A stretch of DNA of 64,000 nt from Spirochaetota bacterium (GCA_043803405.1 JAZDKB010000004.1:128001-192000), one strand, 5' to 3'. Numbered from the stretch's first letter, positions 30,428-41,116 are shown. Program-made: numbers and translations. Notes: a model not told the origin generated them from the sequence alone.

Positions 30428-31567
30428 CTATATAGGGATATAAAGTTCAAGGCCGGGCTTAATTGAACCGGGATTTTTCAGATTGTTAAACAGCATAATT
30501 TTTTTCACCTGCGTTTTATAAAGCGATGCGATTCGGCTGATGCATTCGCCTTTTTTTACAACATGTTTTTTAAGGTTGTTGAATTTAATATCGTACAGGC
30601 TTGTAATATTATTTTCGAGTTTTGCTTTACAGCCTTTAGGTACAATTAGAGTGTATTTTTTTTCAAAAGGCGGAGTAATATTCTGGTTTAATTCCGGATT
30701 AAGACTTTTTAAAGTCTCAACTGGCACATCAGCAAGAGTTGCGGCGACTTTAATTTTTACAGGATATTCAAATACAATTTTTTCGGTCTCTGCTGCTATA
30801 GGTGAGGCTGCTTCATCTCCAATATCAAAAAGCTTTTGATTTTTATAAATTACAAGAAGAGCCGCAAACCGGTAAAGGTATTCATTAGTCTCTCTTTTTA
30901 AATATCCGCTCTCGAGCAGTTCAGTGACCGACCTGGACCGGGTTTTAATCATGCTTCTTTTAATATAACCTGCACCGCCGTTGTAGGATGCAAGCGCTAA
31001 TTCCCATGATCCGAACATGGAATATAAGTTTCTCAAATGCTTTATTGCTGCTTGGGTTGATTTTTCCACGTTTCTTCTTTCATCTACCCAGTTGTTGACT
31101 TTTAACTTTAATGGCCTGGAAGTGCCTTTTAGAAACTGCCACAAACCTACAGCTTTGCTTCGTGAAACGGCATACGGATTAAAGGCGCTCTCAAGCAAGG
31201 GAAGCAGCGCAATATCTTTCGGGATATCGGAATTTTCGCTGAATATTTCTTCGATTCTTCTTAAGTATCTGTTGGAGCGCGTGAGTGCAGCAGTTAAATA
31301 CTCCCTCCCTTCGTTGAGATATAGAAAAATAAATTTTCTGACATGCCTGCTCCTGCAGATTGAAAGATCGCTTATTGAACTGAAAAAGTCCTTATCGTCC
31401 TGAGGAGGAAGAAAATAAAAAATTTTTCCGGAACCGGCTGACGCTTTCTCGCTATCACTTGTGGCAAACAGGTCGGTAAAATCCAGACAGAAAGCGCTTT
31501 CTTTAAATAAAGAAAAAGATGAAAAGAATATCAGGATGAAAATTAGTATTTTATATGTTTTTTTCAT
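30428..31567 (-). CDS. MltD-like lytic transglycosylase with C-terminal LysM
   Basis: LESAFNP, AVGLWQF, ASYNGG, LysM HVVKKGE; start re-placed to ATG 31567. Confidence 0.9.
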   Translation of the reverse strand: MKKTYKILIFILIFFSSFSLFKESAFCLDFTDLFATSDSEKASAGSGKIFYFLPPQDDKDFFSSISDLSICRSRHVRKFIFLYLNEGREYLTAALTRSNRYLRRIEEIFSENSDIPKDIALLPLLESAFNPYAVSRSKAVGLWQFLKGTSRPLKLKVNNWVDERRNVEKSTQAAIKHLRNLYSMFGSWELALASYNGGAGYIKRSMIKTRSRSVTELLESGYLKRETNEYLYRFAALLVIYKNQKLFDIGDEAASPIAAETEKIVFEYPVKIKVAATLADVPVETLKSLNPELNQNITPPFEKKYTLIVPKGCKAKLENNITSLYDIKFNNLKKHVVKKGECISRIASLYKTQVKKIMLFNNLKNPGSIKPGLELYIPI

Positions 31568-31689
31568 TTTCGATAACTGATTTAAGTAGACTCCTATTAT
31601 TGGTTTGACAATGATTATTGACAGGATTACTATTGCCTGCCGGAAATATCTGCATATTGAACCGGATTTAAACACGTCGAAATTCACTG

Positions 31690-32793
31690 ATGAAAAAAAT
31701 TACAATTTATATAGCAAAGGAACAACTTTATCCGTTCTTAACGGGATTCATCTTTTTCACATTTATTCTAATGCTTCAACAATTTTTTTCACTGGCAGAT
31801 CTATTAATAAACAAAAATGTTAAAGTATTTCTTGTATTAAAATTATTTTTAATAATGCTTCCGATTACAATGTCTTTAACAATACCGATGTCGGTTCTGT
31901 TCTCTTCTATAATGGCAATGGGCAGGCTTTCCGGAGACTCGGAAATTACGGCGCTCAGAGCTTCGGGCATATCCATTTACCGTATCATTAAACCTGTCAT
32001 TTTATCCGGCATCGCAATTTTTATTTTAATGATTGTATTCAATGAAACCGTGCTTGTCTACTGCAATAAAAATTATAATAAAATATTTGTGGAGATATTA
32101 AGAAGCAGCCCCGCGTCGATGCTGGAAGACGGGGTTTTTACAACACTTGGAGATAAGACAATATGGGTGGAGAAAATCAGCAAAAGAAACGGAAAACTAA
32201 AAAACATAATGATATATAATAAAAATGATGACGGGGGATGGGATGTCATTAAAGCCAGGGGCGGTATTTTAAGGCAAAATGAGGACGGGAGCAAAACATT
32301 AAAACTTGATTCCGGGAAAATATTTTCCAGCAAAATTAAATCGGGTTCATTTTCGGTTATCGATTTTACCCAGGGCAGTTCCGAGCTTTTGCTTTCCGAA
32401 AGTAAAATAGAATATAATGTCGCGGATAAAACAAATCCCGGCGAGATGAACAGTTTTGAACTGTACCGGATGCTGACTTCCGGCAAAATGAATAAGAATA
32501 AAAGGGAAATCGCTCTTTACTGGATAGAGCTGCATAAGCAAATTGCGATACCTTTCAGCTGTATAATATTTGTTATTATAGGAGCGCCTGTAGGAATATC
32601 GTACAGAAGAAACGCCAGAGGCATAGGTTTCGGTATAAGTATAATTATTTTTTTTGTTTATTATATATTGTCCATGCTTGGGCAGTCCTTTGCAGTCAAA
32701 GGAGTAATAGAGCCTTTAATAGGCGTGTGGTATCCGAATTTTTTACTTCTTATTGCAGGAATAATCCTGCTTTTTTATAAAGAAAAAGCGTAG
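31690..32793 (+). CDS. lptF: LptF/LptG-family LPS export permease
   Basis: GRLSGDSEITALRASGIS motif, 3+3 TM layout. Confidence 0.88.
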   Translation: MKKITIYIAKEQLYPFLTGFIFFTFILMLQQFFSLADLLINKNVKVFLVLKLFLIMLPITMSLTIPMSVLFSSIMAMGRLSGDSEITALRASGISIYRIIKPVILSGIAIFILMIVFNETVLVYCNKNYNKIFVEILRSSPASMLEDGVFTTLGDKTIWVEKISKRNGKLKNIMIYNKNDDGGWDVIKARGGILRQNEDGSKTLKLDSGKIFSSKIKSGSFSVIDFTQGSSELLLSESKIEYNVADKTNPGEMNSFELYRMLTSGKMNKNKREIALYWIELHKQIAIPFSCIIFVIIGAPVGISYRRNARGIGFGISIIIFFVYYILSMLGQSFAVKGVIEPLIGVWYPNFLLLIAGIILLFYKEKA

Positions 32794-32992
32794 CGAATTA
32801 TCTGTGGATTTTTTTAAAGGGATTAATTAGTATTCGGGGAACAATTGAATTTAATCCTATGATTTCATCACCGAAGTTTGAATTATTCACTATTCACTAA
32901 TTATTAATTTAAAAAGGTGTTGAAAAATATTTATTGATGTGGAAATAATAGCGGGTGAATTAATAAAAAAATAAGAATAAAAGGAAGTCCTG

Positions 32993-33607
32993 ATGGAAGC
33001 GGTAATTATATGGTATTTGACTGACAACGACGAAGGCAAAGATACTGCAAAGAGAATTAAAAATATAGGCATTGACGTTAAAACCATACCAGTAAAGTCA
33101 TTAAAAAAAGAAAATATACTGCCCGAAAATATCAATATATTTATATTTGATTTTACTAACCTCGACCTGACAAAATTATTTTCTTTGCTTTCTGACGATA
33201 AATGCTTACAAAATTTTCAAAAGTTCGTTATACTGGATAAGAAAAACATCAAAGAGGCTTTAAATAAAGCAGTCGGTTTTTTACATACTGAATTCCTGTC
33301 AAGGCCAATCAACAAAAGGGAATTTATTTTACTGATTGAAAAATCTGTTATAATCGAAAGATATAGGGAAGTGATGAGACTGATTTCCGAGGAAGCGGAA
33401 TCCAGAATTAAAACATACGAGAATATACTGGATATTAACAGGAGAGATATTTTTAAGCACGGCGGAGGAAAACAGGATTTTAAAAATATTCTGAAATACG
33501 AAAAAAATTTGGGAAAGAAACCTGATTTAAATAATATTAGAACTGTCCGGGGAAATAAGTCAAAACCCGGAGCCGGCTCAGTGAATAAAACATCGGGAAT
33601 TAAATAA
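32993..33607 (+). CDS. Degenerate receiver-domain protein
   Basis: YLTDND, FIFDF, FLSRP resemble REC motifs; followed by a helical tail. Confidence 0.55.
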   Translation: MEAVIIWYLTDNDEGKDTAKRIKNIGIDVKTIPVKSLKKENILPENINIFIFDFTNLDLTKLFSLLSDDKCLQNFQKFVILDKKNIKEALNKAVGFLHTEFLSRPINKREFILLIEKSVIIERYREVMRLISEEAESRIKTYENILDINRRDIFKHGGGKQDFKNILKYEKNLGKKPDLNNIRTVRGNKSKPGAGSVNKTSGIK

Positions 33608-33629
33608 TAAAGGTATAAGCTGAAATTCA

Positions 33630-33902
33630 ATGGAATTGGAAAGCGTTTTACAGGACGTCATTAAAAGTAATGAAATAAGGGAATTATATTTAAAAAAAAT
33701 TCCTGTTTTAATAACATGTGATAACTGGAAAAAAGTCGTTCCTATAGGATGGGTGGAGCATAAAACAAATCTGGCGTTTTACAGAGGCGGGCTTGTGGAA
33801 CTTAAAGGAAGGATTTATTTCGTGTCCGATAAAACCATAGACGCATTATCCGAATTTATCGATTTTAAATTCAAGAATAAAATCCACGTAATCATGGAAT
33901 AG
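33630..33902 (+). CDS. Hypothetical protein
   Basis: 90-aa ORF directly downstream of the previous gene. Confidence 0.65.
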   Translation: MELESVLQDVIKSNEIRELYLKKIPVLITCDNWKKVVPIGWVEHKTNLAFYRGGLVELKGRIYFVSDKTIDALSEFIDFKFKNKIHVIME

Positions 33903-33905
33903 CCA

Positions 33906-35768
33906 CTATTCAACAGCTTCATCAAAAAGGTTAATTACAGCATCATTTTCTTTTGCTATTTTAATTATTTTATCCATATATCTTCTGTCAATTATAGCGT
34001 AATCCGCGGAGATCCTTTTTATTATGGAGTTTTTGATTTTGCCGTGGGCGATCTTATCGATAAAAGATGTTTGATCTGTATATAATATTACGGCATTGAA
34101 TATTTTAAGCCTGATAGTCTGATTTACCCACTCTGTTATAAGGAAATTCAGATTGTCAGGGATTTCGGTCTTTAAATGCGTTCTTAAAACATTAAAAAAC
34201 ATTTCATTGCTCATTCCTCTTTTAAGCGATGCAAGTATTGATTCCCGGCTTATTTTTGTATGCAGAATGACATCGTTAACAATGATTTCCGTATGAGTGA
34301 GTATGTGATATAAAGCATCGGAGGAAATATCGTGCTTCGGTGTGATAATAGTAAAATTTGAGTCCAGGTACATGTTTTTTACATCTTTCTGAACGCCATC
34401 ATTTGTTTCTTCCGTATGTATAATTTGCAATTTATGCGCTATTCTTAATCCGATATCCGAAAGTTTTATAAGGTTATTCTCCGATTCAATTATTCCCGTG
34501 ATGCATAAAAATTGCGTGCAGATATGGAAGGTTTTATTTGTGTTTTGCTTTATTTGTTTTGTGTTTATGAATTGATCGCCGGACAGCTGCGCAACGTAAT
34601 TGATATAATGTGCCGATTCAATAAATTTATATGTATTATTATTGTTTTTAAATATAAGATTTATGGTAAATATCAAATCCTTATATTCCGGAATCTCGAA
34701 CGGGGATTTTAGGATAGAATCATTAATCGGAAAATCGTTAAGCTGTATAATAATCTTCAGCAGCCATTCGAGCGGATCATCCAGGTATTTTTCAATATTT
34801 TTTAAAGATACTATTACAGAATCATCTTTAATAGATAAGCTGTTCTGAACATTCAGCAGATACAGACAAAGCTGGGATATCTTTTCTGCGTCAAACTCCG
34901 CTCCGTCCGGATCTGAAAGTTTTATCATGGAATCTTCAAGATGTTTTTTGTCGATTTTTCGGAACTCTTTCTGTTTTGTTAAAAACAGACCGTAAGTGGA
35001 AACCGTGTCGTAGGTCTTCAGCAAATTAAGCAGCAAATAATACCTGTTATGAACGCTTATATTCTTCTTTGCCTGGTCGGGAGTTTCGATCGCAAATGCC
35101 GCAAATATTTTTTTCGAGAGCGCTATATATGTGTGGCCCGACAGAGTCAATTCGTGAAAAACGTGAACATACTTTTTTTGTATGAGATCAGTAATAATTT
35201 TATCGGTTTGTTTCTGCGGCGTTAAATTCTCAAACTCCTTTAAGGATATCATGCCGCCTTCGTTGTAAATATGCGCGAGCAAGTCAACCGATGCCTTCGG
35301 CAAAGAATTTACAGCGCCTTTTATGCCGGAAAAATCCTTTAATTCAATTATTCTGTTAATATCCCTGAAGTAATCAAAAATATGATTGTTGTCTATCGGG
35401 TTTAAAAAATCCCGGATTTCGGATATTAAATGGATTTTATCCATTTTATTATTCAGTTTTTGCCTGTTTTTCAGAACAGATAAAAGCAATATACGCGAGA
35501 GCTTATTTGTATATTTCTCTATCTTTTCATTTTCCAGCTTGAACCGCTTCTCCAGTTCCGCAAAGGTAATGCCGTTTTTTTCCTTATGCGCGGCATAGAG
35601 AATGTTTCTTTCGTCGCAGTTAAGCTGCGACACTATCTGAGCCATGCCCGAATACGAAAGAATTATGTTGGCAAGACTGCGCGACGAGTCCTTAATATTT
35701 AATGATTTTTTTAATTCCTCGATCTGGGAAGCGGATAAGGTTTTTATTATTTCGGATAAATTCTTCAT
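33906..35768 (-). CDS. XPB/Ssl2 helicase-associated domain protein (Helicase_C_3-like)
   Basis: C-terminal DSNFTII...ISRESI..SL.RG...L..H....IPDNL.FLITEW; no Walker A or DEAH motif. Confidence 0.72.
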   Translation of the reverse strand: MKNLSEIIKTLSASQIEELKKSLNIKDSSRSLANIILSYSGMAQIVSQLNCDERNILYAAHKEKNGITFAELEKRFKLENEKIEKYTNKLSRILLLSVLKNRQKLNNKMDKIHLISEIRDFLNPIDNNHIFDYFRDINRIIELKDFSGIKGAVNSLPKASVDLLAHIYNEGGMISLKEFENLTPQKQTDKIITDLIQKKYVHVFHELTLSGHTYIALSKKIFAAFAIETPDQAKKNISVHNRYYLLLNLLKTYDTVSTYGLFLTKQKEFRKIDKKHLEDSMIKLSDPDGAEFDAEKISQLCLYLLNVQNSLSIKDDSVIVSLKNIEKYLDDPLEWLLKIIIQLNDFPINDSILKSPFEIPEYKDLIFTINLIFKNNNNTYKFIESAHYINYVAQLSGDQFINTKQIKQNTNKTFHICTQFLCITGIIESENNLIKLSDIGLRIAHKLQIIHTEETNDGVQKDVKNMYLDSNFTIITPKHDISSDALYHILTHTEIIVNDVILHTKISRESILASLKRGMSNEMFFNVLRTHLKTEIPDNLNFLITEWVNQTIRLKIFNAVILYTDQTSFIDKIAHGKIKNSIIKRISADYAIIDRRYMDKIIKIAKENDAVINLFDEAVE

Positions 35769-35938
35769 TATAAAAAAGTTGTGGACAGTGCGATGTGACT
35801 ATCTTATTAAATGCCTATTTAATAAACAGGCGCTTATTTGTGCAATCAGTTTTAATAATTTAAAAGAAATTTATTAAAATATAAAATATTATTTTGGATA
35901 TCTATCTTTTACTAAAGATCATTTTTTAGGAGCATTTA

Positions 35939-37030
35939 ATGTTACAATTTTTAAAATTTAATAAAAATATAACGACCGAATCCGAGTTCCCGATAATTGC
36001 AGGCAGTGAAAGTATTAAATTTTTCTTAAAAAGAATCGGATATGTAATATTTTTCCTTTATTCTACCACTTTTATCGCTGCGATTGATCCGTTTGTTATT
36101 AATATTATGTTTCAGAAAATCGTTTTTTATGTCGGCGGCTTTATTACAAGTATTATTTTAATCAGATTAATCAGTCATACGCTTAAATTCATGAAATTTT
36201 CCGGCGGGAAAATAGCGATTAAACCAAATAAAATTATTATTTACGATAAAAAAGGAAATACTGAGATATCGACCGATAGCTTACGCATTGTTCAAATGAA
36301 TTTTTTAGGAAATATTATTATCAGGGATCAGAATAACCTGGTATCCTTTCCTATTATGCTTATTTCCGATGCCGATAGAGAAAGATTTTTACTTAATTTT
36401 GATGATTCTGCAAAAAAGAAGACTGCTTACTTAAAAAAAGCATACGATTTTTGCGACTCGCTTCTCATTGCGTTTATACTTGCGATGCATATCCGCGAAT
36501 ATATTGTACAGGCATACTATATTCCATCCGGCTCAATGGAAGACACTCTTTTAATAGGAGATCATCTGCTGGTCGAAAAGATCACTTACGGCCCCATTAT
36601 TCCGAAGATGGGCGGAATGAGCAAAGAGATGCATTTAAAAGCTTTCGGCATAAGGGATATTGAAAGAAACGACATTTTAATTTTTAAACCGCCGAATGAA
36701 ATAGAAAGGGATTTTATCAAACGCTGCATTGCACTTCCGGGCGATGAGCTCCATATTAAAGAGAATGCCGTTTTTGTAAACGGCAAAAAATTGAAGGAAC
36801 CGTTCACCAAAGGATTCACAAGTTATGACGGATTTCCTGAGAAAAAGCTGGAAGGAATTGTTCCGCAGGGCCATATTGTTGTAATGGGAGACAACAGGGA
36901 GAACTCATCGGACAGCAGGGCCTTCGGGTATTTACCCGTTGAACGCATCAAAGGAAGGGCGTTTATCCTTTACTGGAACACAAAGCATTTTAAGAATTTT
37001 GATTTTTCCAGATGGGGTCTGATAAGATAA
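35939..37030 (+). CDS. lepB: Signal peptidase I with N-terminal membrane extension
   Basis: IPSGSMEDTL (Ser), FIKRCIALPGD (Lys), MGDNRENSSDSR. Confidence 0.93.
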   Translation: MLQFLKFNKNITTESEFPIIAGSESIKFFLKRIGYVIFFLYSTTFIAAIDPFVINIMFQKIVFYVGGFITSIILIRLISHTLKFMKFSGGKIAIKPNKIIIYDKKGNTEISTDSLRIVQMNFLGNIIIRDQNNLVSFPIMLISDADRERFLLNFDDSAKKKTAYLKKAYDFCDSLLIAFILAMHIREYIVQAYYIPSGSMEDTLLIGDHLLVEKITYGPIIPKMGGMSKEMHLKAFGIRDIERNDILIFKPPNEIERDFIKRCIALPGDELHIKENAVFVNGKKLKEPFTKGFTSYDGFPEKKLEGIVPQGHIVVMGDNRENSSDSRAFGYLPVERIKGRAFILYWNTKHFKNFDFSRWGLIR

Positions 37031-37042
37031 AAAATAATTCGA

Positions 37043-38893
37043 ATGGACCAAAAAGTTTTTAAAAGAAGAGTCGTGATAACAGGCATATTCATAATGGGTA
37101 TTGCCTGTTTTTTTATGTACAGGCTTGCAGAACTGCATTTCTCGGGAAAAATAAAAATAGCTTTAAAAAATAATTACGAAATAAAACGCGGTTATATTAA
37201 CGATAAAAACGGCAACCTCCTTGCTGTCACAGTAGAAAAGAAATCTTTATTTGCAGATCCTGAAGAAATCCGCGATCCTTCTGAATTTGCAAAAACGCTT
37301 GCGCCTGTTGCAGGGCTATCGGAAAAATTTATTCAAAGCAAAATTGCCAAAAATAAGCGTTTTGTCTGGCTCAAACGAAAACTGGATGATTCGGAAGCCG
37401 GTAAAATAAAAAATCTGAACCTGAGAGGCGCATATCTCACAAAGGAATACCAGCGCGTCTATCCGCATGAAAATCTCGCCGCAAATATTGTCGGATTTGT
37501 TGATGTTGATAACAACGGGCTCGATGGAATTGAATACAAGTTTAACGATATTCTGCTAAATAAAAAAGACCGCAATATTTTCAGCAGGGAAACGGAAAAA
37601 CAATCCATCAGCGGCATAACCCTGACTATAGATAAATATATCCAGTATATTGCTGAAAAGGAAATCAGGCAGGCAGTAATTCAGAATAAGGCTGCCCAGG
37701 GCGCGGCGTTTGTGCTCGAAGTAAAAACAGGCAAAATACTCGCTTATGGCAAATATCCTTCTTTTAATCCGAATCATTATTCAAAATATACTAATGAAGC
37801 AAGGGGAAGCTATACAATAGTAAATTCCTTTGAACCGGGTTCCACATTAAAAATAATTGCGCTCGCCGCAATTCTTGAAAAGAATCCCGAGCTTTTTAAA
37901 AAAGAATACTATTGTCCCGGCAGCATTACCATAGCGGATATTACAGTTAAATGTACAAAAGTGCACGGAAGAGTGAATATGACCGACATTATTCAGCAGT
38001 CGTGCAATGTCGGAATAATGCAGGCAATAAAAGGAGTCAGTAAGAAAGATTTTTATGACATACTGCAAAGATTCGGCTTCGGGGATAAAACCGAAGTTGA
38101 GCTGTCGGGAGAAAGCGCGGGACTCCTGAGGCCTGTTGCGGAATGGTCTGGCCTGTCGAAGTATTCGATTTCCATTGGCCAGGAAATCTCGGTTACTTCG
38201 CTGCAAATGGCTGCCGCTTTCGGCGCAATTGCTAATGGGGGCGAGTATCTTTATCCGACAATTATTGAAAGAATAGACGAAGGGGACGGAGTTGCACGGA
38301 TTTATGCGCCGCGTTCCAGAGGGAAAATTATAAGCGGAAATAACGCCGCAAAAATACTGCAGATGATGAGGACAGTTGTTTCCGGCGGCACAGGCGAACT
38401 TGCCGATTTCGAGTATTACAGCCCGGCCGGTAAAACAGGAACCGCGCAGAAGTCGCTCAGCAAGGGCGGATATACCGAGAACAAGTACACTGCTTCTTTT
38501 ATCGGTGTGGCGCCTTTGCGCAACCCAGATATATGTGTGTTTGTGGTGCTGGACGAACCAGGGCAGGCAATTTCCGGAGGTTCGGCAGCCGCGCCCTGTT
38601 TTGCGCAAATAGCTAAAAGGGCGCTTGCTTACAGGGGAGTGAAACTGGCTAATATGCCGGCTATTGATCCGGTCAGCATTAAGCCGAAAGAAAAGAAGTT
38701 TGACGGGCAGACAATGCCGGACTTTAGCGGCCTTTTAATGGCCGAGTCTGCGGAACTCCTGATCAAAATACAGAATAAATACAGCGTTAAGTATAATCTT
38801 TACGGTAAAGGCACGGTATACAGACAAACCCCCAAAGCCGGTGAAAAGCTGACCGGCAAGCAGGAAATAAATCTCTATTTAAGAGACCGGTAA
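37043..38893 (+). CDS. ftsI: Class B penicillin-binding protein (FtsI-like) with PASTA domain
   Basis: EPGSTLK (SxxK), SCN, KTG; RG.I.D.NG dimerisation domain. Confidence 0.88.
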   Translation: MDQKVFKRRVVITGIFIMGIACFFMYRLAELHFSGKIKIALKNNYEIKRGYINDKNGNLLAVTVEKKSLFADPEEIRDPSEFAKTLAPVAGLSEKFIQSKIAKNKRFVWLKRKLDDSEAGKIKNLNLRGAYLTKEYQRVYPHENLAANIVGFVDVDNNGLDGIEYKFNDILLNKKDRNIFSRETEKQSISGITLTIDKYIQYIAEKEIRQAVIQNKAAQGAAFVLEVKTGKILAYGKYPSFNPNHYSKYTNEARGSYTIVNSFEPGSTLKIIALAAILEKNPELFKKEYYCPGSITIADITVKCTKVHGRVNMTDIIQQSCNVGIMQAIKGVSKKDFYDILQRFGFGDKTEVELSGESAGLLRPVAEWSGLSKYSISIGQEISVTSLQMAAAFGAIANGGEYLYPTIIERIDEGDGVARIYAPRSRGKIISGNNAAKILQMMRTVVSGGTGELADFEYYSPAGKTGTAQKSLSKGGYTENKYTASFIGVAPLRNPDICVFVVLDEPGQAISGGSAAAPCFAQIAKRALAYRGVKLANMPAIDPVSIKPKEKKFDGQTMPDFSGLLMAESAELLIKIQNKYSVKYNLYGKGTVYRQTPKAGEKLTGKQEINLYLRDR

Positions 38894-40749
38894 TGAAATC
38901 CTTCTTTGAAGAAAACATCTCCATAATTAAAAAAAACAATCCGGCATTATATTCCCGGATTGCGGATTTAAGCAGCAATATAAAGATCAGCATAATATCT
39001 TCCAAAACAGGGGAGAATATTCCTGTTATAGAAATAAATAATAAAAATATTTTCATTCACAGCAGGTTCGATCCTGTTAAAGAGGCGTCCAGATTTGCTT
39101 CGGAGATCGATGCGCGGAATTTTGATCTCTTTATTGTTTTCGGGTTCGGATTTGCGTTTCATATCGAAGACCTTCTAAAGAAAGCAGGCGCGGATTCTAC
39201 AGTGCTGGTGCTGGAAAAGGATCCCGGCATAATAAAGAGCGCGATTGCTTACAGGAACATAGCCGGCCTGTTAAAAGATGAAAGGCTGAAAGTCATTGCC
39301 GATCCGGACGAGGAGCAGATATCCGAAACGCTCAGGGGCAAATCGTCGCGGCGCGTTTGCTTCCTTGTGCACAGGGGCTCGTATCAGCTTGATCCGGAGT
39401 ACTATGCGAACATTGGCAGGATCGCGAGGTCGTATCTGTCAACAAAGGACGTAAATATTGCTACATTGTCCAGGTTCGAAAAAACATGGGCCTCGAATAT
39501 AGCAAGGAATATCCGTGAATATATTTCGCTGCCAGGGGCAAATATCTTTTATGATAAGTTTGCAGGCTTGCCGGCAATTGTTGCGGGCGCAGGGCCTTCA
39601 CTTACAGGTAGCATCGAATTCATCAGGCAGAACTGCAAAAAAGCCCTGATAGTATGCGTGGACACATCGTACGGAATTCTAAGGATGAACGGTATTGTTC
39701 CGCATTTCTGCGTCACGGTCGACCCCCAGATCATTAACGCCCGTTATTTTGAGGGAGATACTGCGGCAGATACGATCTTTATAGCAGATCCGACCGTGCA
39801 TCCTTCGGTGTTCCGTTTAATAAAAGGAAGCATCGCAGTCACAGGCATGGCGTTCGATATGATGAAGTGGATCGAGGCGACAGCAGGCGAAAAAGGCGAG
39901 CTCGCGTACGGCGGCTCGGTAATGACCAACGCGTACGACTTCGCAAAAAGGACAGGCGCATCTCCGGTTGTGCTTACAGGGCAGGACCTCGCGTTTACAG
40001 GCAGCCTGGCGCACGCGCGCGGCTCGTATCTTGACGAAGAGATGTTCCTGCGCTGGACAAGGTTTTACAACGCTCACATGAAAAACAGGTCGCAGCTCAC
40101 AGCGCTTCCAAAAATAAAAGTGAAGGGAATACGTACGCCGGAAGTTATCACCAATCAGAAAATGATGATCTTTCTCGCGTGGTTCGAGAAAAGGAACGAT
40201 CCTGATTTAATAAATGCGGGCTTCGACGGCGCCTTTATTAAAGGCGTCCGCCATATCCCTGCAAATGAAATAATATTTCCGGATTCTGATGCGGATATCT
40301 CCGGGACTATACGCAGGCTGTATGCGGCAAACATGCCCGCAGCAACAGGCGCGGATGGCATAAGGAAATCTTTACTGAACAAATGTACTAAAATGAGGGA
40401 CGAGCTTTACCTGCTTTCTGAGAAGCTTGGGCGTGCTGTAAGTCTCTCAGGCGAACTCATTGACCTTGTGAAAAAAGGCAATAAAAGCAAGCTCGACTAT
40501 ATCCTTAAAAGGCTTTCGGAAACTGATGAGTTCTTGTATTCAAGGGACACCATAAAAGATATGATCGGATTTACAATACAGCGCGTAATACATACAATAA
40601 CCGAAGGATATGAACTGGATACCGGCGATTCCGGCTCTCCAAAAGAAGAGCTTGTCGCGAAGAGATCGCTTTACCTTTACGAAGGAATGCTGGAAGGTTC
40701 CGGCTTTAATATAAAGATATTAAATAAAATGATAACGCTTTTATCGTAA
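38893..40749 (+). CDS. Motility-associated factor (Maf/DUF115) flagellin glycosyltransferase family
   Basis: HSRFDP, GFGFAFH, AGAGPSL, GGSV, GQDLAF motifs. Confidence 0.85.
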   Translation: MKSFFEENISIIKKNNPALYSRIADLSSNIKISIISSKTGENIPVIEINNKNIFIHSRFDPVKEASRFASEIDARNFDLFIVFGFGFAFHIEDLLKKAGADSTVLVLEKDPGIIKSAIAYRNIAGLLKDERLKVIADPDEEQISETLRGKSSRRVCFLVHRGSYQLDPEYYANIGRIARSYLSTKDVNIATLSRFEKTWASNIARNIREYISLPGANIFYDKFAGLPAIVAGAGPSLTGSIEFIRQNCKKALIVCVDTSYGILRMNGIVPHFCVTVDPQIINARYFEGDTAADTIFIADPTVHPSVFRLIKGSIAVTGMAFDMMKWIEATAGEKGELAYGGSVMTNAYDFAKRTGASPVVLTGQDLAFTGSLAHARGSYLDEEMFLRWTRFYNAHMKNRSQLTALPKIKVKGIRTPEVITNQKMMIFLAWFEKRNDPDLINAGFDGAFIKGVRHIPANEIIFPDSDADISGTIRRLYAANMPAATGADGIRKSLLNKCTKMRDELYLLSEKLGRAVSLSGELIDLVKKGNKSKLDYILKRLSETDEFLYSRDTIKDMIGFTIQRVIHTITEGYELDTGDSGSPKEELVAKRSLYLYEGMLEGSGFNIKILNKMITLLS

Positions 40750-40764
40750 CAATTGACTTTAACA

Positions 40765-40865
40765 GTGAATGAACGACTGCATTGATGGAACAAGCTTCTG
40801 CGCCCTGTGAATGAACAGCTGCATTGATGGAACAAGCTCCTACGCTCTATGAATGAACGACTGCA
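40765..40865. repeat. 42-bp tandem repeat, about 2.4 copies
   Basis: GTGAATGAACGACTGCATTGATGGAACAAGCTTCTGCGCCCT and variants at 40765, 40807 and 40849. Confidence 0.85.
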
Positions 40866-40911
40866 CTCTGTGTGTCAGCAAAGAATTCGCTTTTTTTTGC
40901 AATATAAAAAT

Positions 40912-40938
40912 GGGGCAGACACATGGGTCTGCCCCTAC
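40912..40938 (-). repeat. GTAG-type REP element
   Basis: Minus strand reads GTAGGGGCAGACCCATGTGTCTGCCCC. Confidence 0.75.
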
Positions 40939-41116
40939 GGGCACTGAAAGAATAGGCACAGAGCTAATTAAAATAAATGCCAGCCCCGCACAGACAGGCA
41001 TCTGCTACTGTCAGATAAACAGCCGAATTTTAAAGTTTTTCTTGCTATTTCTTAAACTTATTTCTATAATAATTATTAGTCCAAATTAAAATATTTTTTT
41101 AGAAAGCGATAACTAT

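Noticed and set aside
31568..31687. Longer N-terminus of the lytic transglycosylase
   Set aside because: It would leave only 2 nt before the divergent lptF; ATG 31567 gives a normal signal sequence.
37847..38608. 253-aa antisense ORF, representative of many shadow ORFs
   Set aside because: It lies wholly opposite a well-supported gene and shows no motif.
40765..40865. Possible CRISPR array
   Set aside because: Units are contiguous tandem copies with no unique spacers, and there are no cas genes.
40853..41089. 78-aa ORF containing GQTHGSAPT
   Set aside because: It is a translation of the REP and tandem-repeat DNA.
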